Shown here one piece after another: positions 48,119 to 55,470 of a stretch of DNA of 64,000 nt. The notes beneath the pieces are model-generated. The model worked only from the letters and a program-made list of their open reading frames with translations, did not search any database and had not been told where the DNA came from. This stretch comes from Halorussus marinus (GTDB lineage: Archaea; Halobacteriota; Halobacteria; Halobacteriales; Haladaptataceae). The DNA lies in contig NZ_SBIV01000004.1 of NCBI RefSeq assembly GCF_004765795.1, positions 62,001-126,000 on the forward strand, read 5' to 3'. Every line of letters begins with the position of its first letter. Position 1 is the stretch's first letter. Made by a program: the position numbers and the translations under genes.

Positions 48119-48143
48119 GTACGTTCAGCCCGACGCGCACAGA

Positions 48144-48842
48144 TCATAAGTATTTGGGCTGGAGCGCTGACACGAGCCGGTCGTGGGCCGCCCGGACGCC
48201 CGCGTCGTCGAGCGGGTCGGCGTCGGGTCGGCAGTCCACGGTCGGAACGACGCCAAGCACCTCGCAGTCGAGCAGATCCTCGACGCCCGGGGGCGCCCGG
48301 GGGTCGACGGCGTCCGACCCCGACTCGCCGGCCCGGGAGACGACCGCGCCCGCGATCGGCGTGTCGAGTTCCCGGGCCATCGCCGCGGTTTTGGCGGCGT
48401 CGCGCAGGCAGGCTGGCTCGGGCGTCGTCACCACGAGCGCGGCGTCGACGACCCGAAGCGGCGCGACCGCGTCGGGGCCGGCGCCCGCCGGCGAGTCGAC
48501 CAGAACGGTCGAGGATTCGCCTCGCAACCGCGCGAGCTCGGTCGCGCCCGGCGCGTCGGCGGGCCGGGTCTCGATCCCGGTCTCGGCGGCCGGGAGCACG
48601 CTCACACCAGCGGGCACGCCGGGCGCGCTCGCGGCCCCCGCGACCAGCCCGGCGGGCCACCCCGCCGCCACCGCGTCGAGACAGGGCCGGCGGGCCACCT
48701 CGGCCATCGCGTGGAGGTCGGGCATCTCGCGGTCGGCGTCGACCGCGAGCACCGGCGCGCGCTGGCGGGCGAGCGCGCCCGCGAGTCCCAGCGTCGTGGT
48801 CGTCTTCCCGCATCCGCCCTTACCGCCGGCGACGGCTAACAT
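48144..48842 (-). CDS. MinD/ParA family ATPase
   Basis: GGKGGCGKTT deviant Walker A, VDAD, VDSPAG, VVTTP. Confidence 0.9.
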   Translation of the reverse strand: MLAVAGGKGGCGKTTTTLGLAGALARQRAPVLAVDADREMPDLHAMAEVARRPCLDAVAAGWPAGLVAGAASAPGVPAGVSVLPAAETGIETRPADAPGATELARLRGESSTVLVDSPAGAGPDAVAPLRVVDAALVVTTPEPACLRDAAKTAAMARELDTPIAGAVVSRAGESGSDAVDPRAPPGVEDLLDCEVLGVVPTVDCRPDADPLDDAGVRAAHDRLVSALQPKYL

Positions 48843-48951
48843 GACGGGAGGTGGGCGCGGCTTCCGGTTTGAACGTTCGGGGGCGACTCCGGGGACGGTC
48901 GCCGCGTCCGCCGCCCCCGAGAGGCGGACGGACGCCCGACCCCGCGGCGAT

Positions 48952-50238
48952 TCAACAGGCGCAGTAGTACTGCTGGGTGCCGAACTCGGTCTGGAGCAGT
49001 TGGTAGGCCGGTCCCGGGTCGGACGGGCGGTAGACGCCGGTCGTGAGGTCCTCGAGCGACTCGAACGCCCCGGAGGCGATCGCGAGCCACTCCTCGCGGC
49101 CCAGCACGTCCGCGAACCCCTCGTCGCTCCCGAGGAGCCGAAGGTAGTCGGCGAGATACGCCCACGTCGCGTCCCGAATTTCGTCGGGTTCGTAGGACTC
49201 GCCTACCTCGTCGGCGTAGGCCGCCAGCGGGAGGTTCGCGCCCGCCTGCACGGGCAGGGAGATCCACTTCCACGGCCGGGTGTTCACGTCGAGCAGAACG
49301 TACTCCTCGCGGTCGCCGTCGTAGACGAATTCGGCCTCGCTGATGCCGTAGTAGCCCGTCTCCTCTAGGACGGCGAGCGCGTTCTCCTCGACCTCGGGGG
49401 CGTCCGCGCGCTGGACGACGCAGGAGGTGCCGTACCCCAGCGGGTACCGGACCCGGGCGTTGCCGACGACGCTCACCGGAGCGCCCGACTCGGGGACGTA
49501 GGACGCCAGCGAGCAGTCCTCGCCACGCACCGCGGGGACCTTCTCCTGGGCCATCACCCGGATGCCGGCGTCGGCCGCGTTCTCGACCACGTCGAGAAAC
49601 TCCGCGCGGTCGGCGACCTCGACGACGTTGGTGCCGACCGCCTCCTCGAACTTGCGTTTCAGGGCGGGCTTTACCACCAGCGGGAAGCCGAGCAGGTCGG
49701 CGGCCGTCTCGGCCGGGACGCTCTCGCGGGTGCTGGCGGCCCCGGCCGCGCCGCCGGTCTCGGCCGGGTCGGTCTCGGCGACTCGGTAGGTCTCGGGGTA
49801 CGGGACCCCGAGGTCCTCGGCGACGCCGTACAGCGACTCCTTGTCGAGCACCGCGTTGACCGTCTCGCGGTCGGCGAACGGGAGCGCGACGCCGTCGGGG
49901 TCGCTCCGGGAGAGGGCGTGGACCCACTCGTCCATGCACCCGAACGCGACCGGCTCGTGGTCGAGTTCGGCCGCGAGCGCCTCGACGTCCTCGCGGAAGC
50001 CGTCCTCGTCGTCCAGCGGGTAGGTGACTCGGCCCGCGAAGTCGACCGCGTCGGAGTAGGGCGCGACCCCCTTCCCGTTGCGGTCGATGGCGATCACGGG
50101 CACGTCGCGGGTCTTGAGCGCCCGCGCGACGCTCAGCCCGGTGACGTGGGCGTTCGCGACGATCGCGGGCGGTCGGTCGAAGCTGGCGTCCGCGAGCGCG
50201 TCGCGGAGCCCCTCGAACGAGCGGAAGCTGTCTGCCAT
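48952..50238 (-). CDS. ATP-grasp carboxylate--amine ligase (D-aspartate-ligase-like)
   Basis: LSVARAL, DKESLY, YPET, GFPLVVKP, QEKVP, GISEAEF, LDVNTRPW. Confidence 0.85.
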   Translation of the reverse strand: MADSFRSFEGLRDALADASFDRPPAIVANAHVTGLSVARALKTRDVPVIAIDRNGKGVAPYSDAVDFAGRVTYPLDDEDGFREDVEALAAELDHEPVAFGCMDEWVHALSRSDPDGVALPFADRETVNAVLDKESLYGVAEDLGVPYPETYRVAETDPAETGGAAGAASTRESVPAETAADLLGFPLVVKPALKRKFEEAVGTNVVEVADRAEFLDVVENAADAGIRVMAQEKVPAVRGEDCSLASYVPESGAPVSVVGNARVRYPLGYGTSCVVQRADAPEVEENALAVLEETGYYGISEAEFVYDGDREEYVLLDVNTRPWKWISLPVQAGANLPLAAYADEVGESYEPDEIRDATWAYLADYLRLLGSDEGFADVLGREEWLAIASGAFESLEDLTTGVYRPSDPGPAYQLLQTEFGTQQYYCAC

Positions 50239-50351
50239 ACCCGCCCTTGTCGCTTGTCGGGCTAAAAGACCGCCGAGTCGGCAAGCGACACCGCTACGTG
50301 TGACGTTTCGCTGTCGGGTACACTTTTAAAGCGGCAACGTAACCCGAATCC

Positions 50352-50768
50352 ATGGACGAAATCATCGGTGATCCGGGACTGACGGACTTCGACGCACGAG
50401 CGGGGTTCGAGGCGGTCCGAGCGGCGGCGGACAGCGACCTGCGCGCGTTCGTCGAGTACGACGGCGAGTCGTACAACCCGGTGTTCATCGCCGAACGCGT
50501 CGTCGAGAAGCACGGGGACCCCGAGGAGGTGGGTGAGTTCGCCGACCGACTCCACTTCAACTACAAGCTCGATTTCGCCGAACGCGAGATGTACGAGGAC
50601 CTCTACGAGCCCCTCGGAAGCATCACCGCCTTCGCGGTGTATCTCACCGACCAGACCATCGTCCGGTACGTCGACGAACGGGAGGGGATCTACGTCTCGG
50701 TCGACGGCGAGACCCACGCCGACGAGGTCATCGAGGCGCTGGCCGACGCGCTGGGAGACCGGCGATGA
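50352..50768 (+). CDS. Haloarchaeal hypothetical protein (DUF7522-like); paralog of 11837..12250
   Basis: DFDARAGFEA..VEY..DFAE..Y; TTTTAAA box upstream. Confidence 0.7.
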   Translation: MDEIIGDPGLTDFDARAGFEAVRAAADSDLRAFVEYDGESYNPVFIAERVVEKHGDPEEVGEFADRLHFNYKLDFAEREMYEDLYEPLGSITAFAVYLTDQTIVRYVDEREGIYVSVDGETHADEVIEALADALGDRR

Positions 50769-51355
50769 CCGCGCCGGTCTCCGAGGAGATCCCGAACGCC
50801 AGCAACGTCCTCATGCTGGCGCCGTCGCTGACTCCCGAAGACGGCGATCTCCACCACGATCTGCTGGCCACCCGGACCCTCGCCGAGGAGAACGTTCTGA
50901 TACTTACGTTCGGCCGGGCCGACCGCTGGATCAGGGAGTTCCGAACGAACTACGACGAAAACCCCAACGAGATCGCCATCATCCAGATCGACGAGACGCT
51001 TCGGCGCTCTCGTCCCCACCCCGACAACGTGTCGGTGCGGACGGTGAGCCCGACCGACCTCACGGGGGTCGGAATGGCGGTGAGCGACGTCATCGAGGAC
51101 TGGGCCGATCGGGACGCCCAGACGGTCGTCTGCTTCGACTCGATCACCGACTTCCTGCAGTACGCCGATCGCTCGACGCTGTACCGGTTCCTCCGAGTCG
51201 TGACTCGCCGGTTCGACGCCGCCGGCGGGTTCGCACACTTCCACATGAACCCCCACGCCCACGACAGGCAGACGATCGCGACGCTCAAGTCACCGTTCGA
51301 CGCCGTCGTCGAGGCGACCGACGCCGGCGACGTCTCGGTCACGACTCGCTACTAA
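50765..51355 (+). CDS. Degenerate RecA/KaiC-like protein (DUF7504/DUF835-like)
   Basis: NVLMLAPS, SPTDLTGVG, VCFDSIT, RFLRV, AHFH, FDAVVE; ATGA overlap with upstream gene. Confidence 0.78.
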   Translation: MTAPVSEEIPNASNVLMLAPSLTPEDGDLHHDLLATRTLAEENVLILTFGRADRWIREFRTNYDENPNEIAIIQIDETLRRSRPHPDNVSVRTVSPTDLTGVGMAVSDVIEDWADRDAQTVVCFDSITDFLQYADRSTLYRFLRVVTRRFDAAGGFAHFHMNPHAHDRQTIATLKSPFDAVVEATDAGDVSVTTRY

Positions 51356-52767
51356 GCGGGGATTCGGTCGACGACGGTGTCCTCGTCGACCACGAGGTTG
51401 TACGCCTCCTCGTCGTCGTTCCACAGCGCCAGCACCTGTTCGAACGACAGCAGGTCGCCGTAGTCGGCCGTTCGGAGGTCGGCGTTCAGCGCGGTCTCGT
51501 TGGTGAGCACCGCGAAGTGGTCGCTCGACTGACTGCCGTCCCCGATCTTGAACAGGGGGTTGCGGTCGCCCTCGGCGAGCGAGTGGCTGAGCTTCACCGC
51601 CACCAGATCGATGCGCTCGGTGACGTGGCGCTCCATCTCGGCCATCTTGGCCGACCAGTCGGAGTTGGCCTCGAACTCGATCCGGCGCCGCCCGTCGGGC
51701 CGGAGGATCGAGTAGGCGAACTGGACGTCGACGTTGACGAACTCGCCGGTCGCGCCCCCGGCCTCGTCGAGTCGGCGCTGGAACGTCGGCACGTCGAGGT
51801 CCGGCTTCACGTCGAACGACCACCCGCGGTCGGTGGGACGCTCGCCGGGCCAGAGCCGGAGGGTCGGCGAGTACACCGCGGCGCGGTCGGCGTCGTCCGC
51901 GACCGCGCGCTCGACGGTCCGGAGTCCGATCGCGGTCTCGCGGTCTGCGGGCTCGATCGCGAGGACCGCGCCGTCGGCCGCGAGCGCGTCGAGATACCGA
52001 TCGACGACCGCCTCGGGGTCGCCGAGTTCGTTGAGCACGTTGGCGAACACGATCAGGTCGTAGGGCTCGCCGTCGCCGTCGGGGTCGAACGCCTCGGCGG
52101 TCTCCCGGAACACGGTCGGGTGGACGTTCCGCCCCGCGTCCGCGAGCAGGCGGTCGAAAACGTCGGCCGCCGGGCTGGGCTCGACCGCGTGGTACTCGAC
52201 CAGCGCGTCGTCGGGCAGGTAGTCCCGAACCCCGAGCGCGGGGCCGCCGACGCCCGCCCCGACGTCCAGAATCCGGAGTCGTCGACCGAGCAGGCCGGTC
52301 TCGGCGAGCTCGTCGAGGACGTACTGGACGACCGCGTAGTTGTCCGGGAGGTGGTAGATCGCGTACGCGAGCGCCGCGTGCTCGTCGTACTCGACCGGCT
52401 CGTTCCGGAAGTACTCGTCTTTGAGCCGGCGGATCGACTCCCGGAGTCGGTCGCCCGACTCCCCGCGGTGCCAGTCGGGGCCGAACCGCTCGACCAGCAG
52501 GTCTTCGAGGTCGCGTCCCGCCGACTCCGGGAACGCCTCGACCCCGCGGAACGTCGGCCGGACGGGGTCCTCGCCCACCGGCTCGAACATGCCGTCCTCG
52601 CGCTCGACGAGGCCGAGATCGAACGCCTCCTCGCTGAGCGTCCGGCGGACGACCGCCGGGTGGGGCTGGCCGTCGACGTACTCGGAGACTTCCTCGGGAT
52701 CGATCGGGCGGACGTTCCGGAGGTACTTGGCGTTCTCGCGGATCCGCTCGCGCTGTTGGGGGTTCAT
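51352..52767 (-). CDS. Class I SAM-dependent methyltransferase (Rsm22-like)
   Basis: YAIYHLP..Y, ILDVGAGVG, YDLIVFANVLNEL, IEPA. Confidence 0.85.
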   Translation of the reverse strand: MNPQQRERIRENAKYLRNVRPIDPEEVSEYVDGQPHPAVVRRTLSEEAFDLGLVEREDGMFEPVGEDPVRPTFRGVEAFPESAGRDLEDLLVERFGPDWHRGESGDRLRESIRRLKDEYFRNEPVEYDEHAALAYAIYHLPDNYAVVQYVLDELAETGLLGRRLRILDVGAGVGGPALGVRDYLPDDALVEYHAVEPSPAADVFDRLLADAGRNVHPTVFRETAEAFDPDGDGEPYDLIVFANVLNELGDPEAVVDRYLDALAADGAVLAIEPADRETAIGLRTVERAVADDADRAAVYSPTLRLWPGERPTDRGWSFDVKPDLDVPTFQRRLDEAGGATGEFVNVDVQFAYSILRPDGRRRIEFEANSDWSAKMAEMERHVTERIDLVAVKLSHSLAEGDRNPLFKIGDGSQSSDHFAVLTNETALNADLRTADYGDLLSFEQVLALWNDDEEAYNLVVDEDTVVDRIPA

Positions 52768-53513
52768 TCGTCGCCCTCCGGCGTCGCGTTCGCGCTCGCT
52801 TCGCGATACAGGTCGGCGAACGCCTCGGCGTCGGCGTCCGCGAGCCGCCGAGCGGCGTCGGCCACGTCGTCCGCGCCCTCGAACCTCGATTGGATCTCGG
52901 CGTACACGTCGGGGTCGTTGCCCGCGACCTGCCCGACGACGTCCGCGAGCGCCTCGAAGACGGGCGTCGTCAGCCCCTCCGGAACCTCGTCGGCCGCGAG
53001 CGCGAACGACAGGATCGCGGCGTGGGCGCTCGACTGGACGGTCGACATCGCCTCGTCGTGCTCCGCGGCCGTCGTCTCCACGAGGTCGTTGCCCGCCGCC
53101 CGCAGGTCGTCGAGGATCGCGTCGGTCGCGGGTCCGGGCGCGTCGGCGACCACGGCGACGTTCCCGGGGGCGTTGGCCGCCCCGAACAGCGGGTGGAGGC
53201 TGACCCGTTCGCGGTCGGGGGCGTGGTCGACCATCGCGGCTACCGGCCCGGCCATCGCGCCGGTCACGTCGAGCATCGCCGACGCGGCGCGGTCGGCGTG
53301 GTCGGCGATCGCCGACTCGGCGGCCGAGATGGGGACCGCCAGACAGACCGCTTCGAAGCGCTCGTCGGTCGAGAGTTCGACCGCGCGCCCGCCGACCGCC
53401 TCGGCGGCCGCCGTCGCGACCGCGGGGTCGGCGTCGGCGAACGCCACGTCGGCTTTCACCGTCTCGCCGAACCACCGACCCATCTCGCCAGCGCCGACCA
53501 CGAGTACGTTCAT
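52764..53513 (-). CDS. tyrA: Prephenate dehydrogenase
   Basis: VVGAGEMG, LAVP, SLHPLFG, EHDEAM..VQ..H. Confidence 0.9.
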   Translation of the reverse strand: MNVLVVGAGEMGRWFGETVKADVAFADADPAVATAAAEAVGGRAVELSTDERFEAVCLAVPISAAESAIADHADRAASAMLDVTGAMAGPVAAMVDHAPDRERVSLHPLFGAANAPGNVAVVADAPGPATDAILDDLRAAGNDLVETTAAEHDEAMSTVQSSAHAAILSFALAADEVPEGLTTPVFEALADVVGQVAGNDPDVYAEIQSRFEGADDVADAARRLADADAEAFADLYREASANATPEGDE

Positions 53514-53554
53514 CGGTAGCCGATAGCGACCGCGGTCTCAAAAGCAGTTCGCTC

Positions 53555-54112
53555 CTACAGCGGGCGGCTCATCTCCAGCTCGCCGAGTCCGGACTCGGTC
53601 ACGGAGAACTCGGCTCGGCGGTAGAGGCTGACCGCCGGCCGGTTCCCGCGCCGGACCGACAGCCAGACTCGCTCGACGCCCGCCGCCTCGCCGCGGCCGA
53701 GTAGCGCCTGGAGGAGCGCGGTTCCGATCCCGGCCGACCGGTAGTCGGGGTGGACGAACAGCGCGAGTTCGTGGCCCGGCCCGCCGGCGAGCAGGACGCC
53801 GTGGCCGACCGCCCGACCGCCGTGGGTCGCGACGACGCCGATGCCGTCACAGATGGTATCGAGCCACTCGCGCCGGCGGTCGGGGTCGGCCGGCGGGATG
53901 CCCTGCGCCCGCCCTTCGATCCCGAACGCGTCGTACATCGCCGCCAGCGCCTCGCGGTCGCCATCGGTCGCTACGCGGCACTCGACGGTGCGGCCGGCCG
54001 CGTCGGTGATCGTCCGCGGCGGCGACCTGCGGAACTGCCGGGAGTCGGTCTCGTCGGCGTCGGCCGGCGCGTCGGGGTCGACGCCGGCGTCGACGTCGGC
54101 GTTCGCGCTCAT
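53555..54112 (-). CDS. GNAT family N-acetyltransferase
   Basis: RAQGIPP, HELALFVHPDYRSAGIGT, NRPAVSLY. Confidence 0.88.
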   Translation of the reverse strand: MSANADVDAGVDPDAPADADETDSRQFRRSPPRTITDAAGRTVECRVATDGDREALAAMYDAFGIEGRAQGIPPADPDRRREWLDTICDGIGVVATHGGRAVGHGVLLAGGPGHELALFVHPDYRSAGIGTALLQALLGRGEAAGVERVWLSVRRGNRPAVSLYRRAEFSVTESGLGELEMSRPL

Positions 54113-54198
54113 CGGTCACCGCCCGACTGGAGCCGAAGCGGGTTCTGGACCGGTCGATCCGGGCTGTACGGGGCGAGACGGGGTGGGCGTCGTCCCAT
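54109..54198 (-). CDS. Candidate 29-aa small ORF coupled to the GNAT gene (not in ORF track)
   Basis: MGRRPPRLAPYSPDRPVQNPLRLQSGGDR*; TTTAAG box 28-33 nt upstream of its ATG; stop overlaps the GNAT start (ATGA). Confidence 0.45.
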   Translation of the reverse strand: MGRRPPRLAPYSPDRPVQNPLRLQSGGDR

Positions 54199-54268
54199 TG
54201 CGCTCGGGACGAGGACGCGACCCTGCTTAAAGATAATGATCTTTCATGATAAAACACCTTATACGCCC

Positions 54269-55393
54269 TTAGTTCCAGGGTGCGGCGTCCGGATCCACGA
54301 TGCGTTCCTCGCGGTCGATGTCGTCGATGCGGTCGACGTCGTCGTCGTCGAGGTCGACGCCGAGGCTCAGCCAGTTCTCCCGGATGTGGTCCTCGCCGGC
54401 CGCCTTCGGGATCGCGGTCACGCCCTTCTCGCGGAGCCACGCGAGGCTGACCTGCGCGGGGGTCGCCTCGTGTTTCTCGGCGATCTCTTGAAGCACCTCG
54501 ACGTCGTCGACCGCCCCGCGCGCGATCGGCGAGTACGCGACCAGTTCCACGTCGGCGTCGTCCTGCGCGCAGAACTGCTGAAGCTCGGTCTGGGCGAGCA
54601 AGGGGTGCATCTCGACCTGATTCGCGAAGATGGGCTCCTCGGAGACCTCGATCGCCTCCTCGAGCAGTTCGACGGTGAAGTTGCTCACGCCGATCTCCTC
54701 GATCAGGCCCTCCTCGCGGAGCTCCGCGAAGGCGTCGAGCGTGTCGGTGGCCTCGTAGTCCCCGGTCGGCCAGTGGACGTACAGCAGGTCGACGTAGTCG
54801 AGCCCGAGCCGATCGAGGCTCTCCTCGGCGTTGGTGAGCACCTGATCGTAGTCGAGGTTCTCGGGGCTGATCTTGGTCGCCACGAACAGCTCCTCGCGAT
54901 CGACGTCGGCCTCGGCGATGGCGTCGCCCACCGCCTCCTCGTTGTGGTAGCCCTCCGCGGTGTCGACGTGTCGATACCCCGTTTCGAGGGCGGTCCGGAC
55001 GCTCTCGACGCACTCGTCGTAGTCGTCCATGTCGTACGTGCCGAGCCCGAACATCGGCATCCCGTGAGTCGACGGCGCCTCGACGGCCTCGACTTCCTCG
55101 GGGATCTCGTCGGCCGCCGCACCGGCCTCGATCGTCTCCTCGCCTTCCTCGCTCTCCTCATCCTCCTCGCTCTCCTCCTCGCCGGTCCCGACGGCGTTTT
55201 TCGCCTCTCGAGTCACGTCCTCGACGTCGGGCCCAGAGGGCGCAAGCTCCCCGGAGCCGCCGTCTCGGCGCCGCCCGACGAGAAAGCCCGCGAGAAACGC
55301 CACCCCGAACGGGAGCAGTCGGCCGAGTAGGCCGCGTCCGTCGTCAGATTCGTCGTCCTCTCGGTCCCCGGTCTGGGTCTCTTCTCCGAACAT
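54269..55393 (-). CDS. Aldo/keto reductase with an N-terminal hydrophobic helix and acidic linker
   Basis: FGLGTY, HVDTAEGY, ATK, LYVHWP, IGVSNF, NQVEMHP, AYSP, AIPK. Confidence 0.9.
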   Translation of the reverse strand: MFGEETQTGDREDDESDDGRGLLGRLLPFGVAFLAGFLVGRRRDGGSGELAPSGPDVEDVTREAKNAVGTGEEESEEDEESEEGEETIEAGAAADEIPEEVEAVEAPSTHGMPMFGLGTYDMDDYDECVESVRTALETGYRHVDTAEGYHNEEAVGDAIAEADVDREELFVATKISPENLDYDQVLTNAEESLDRLGLDYVDLLYVHWPTGDYEATDTLDAFAELREEGLIEEIGVSNFTVELLEEAIEVSEEPIFANQVEMHPLLAQTELQQFCAQDDADVELVAYSPIARGAVDDVEVLQEIAEKHEATPAQVSLAWLREKGVTAIPKAAGEDHIRENWLSLGVDLDDDDVDRIDDIDREERIVDPDAAPWN

Positions 55394-55470
55394 ACCCTCC
55401 GTTCGAGGAGGGCGTACTTCCCGATTGTGGCGGATCGGGGCCGAATCCGCCGGTTCCGGCCTCGACCCCC

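Noticed and set aside
50533..53526. 997-aa plus-strand ORF and many similar long antisense or alternate-frame ORFs
   Set aside because: Stop-poor shadow frames typical of high-GC DNA; they overlap well-supported genes and lack the acidic composition and motifs.
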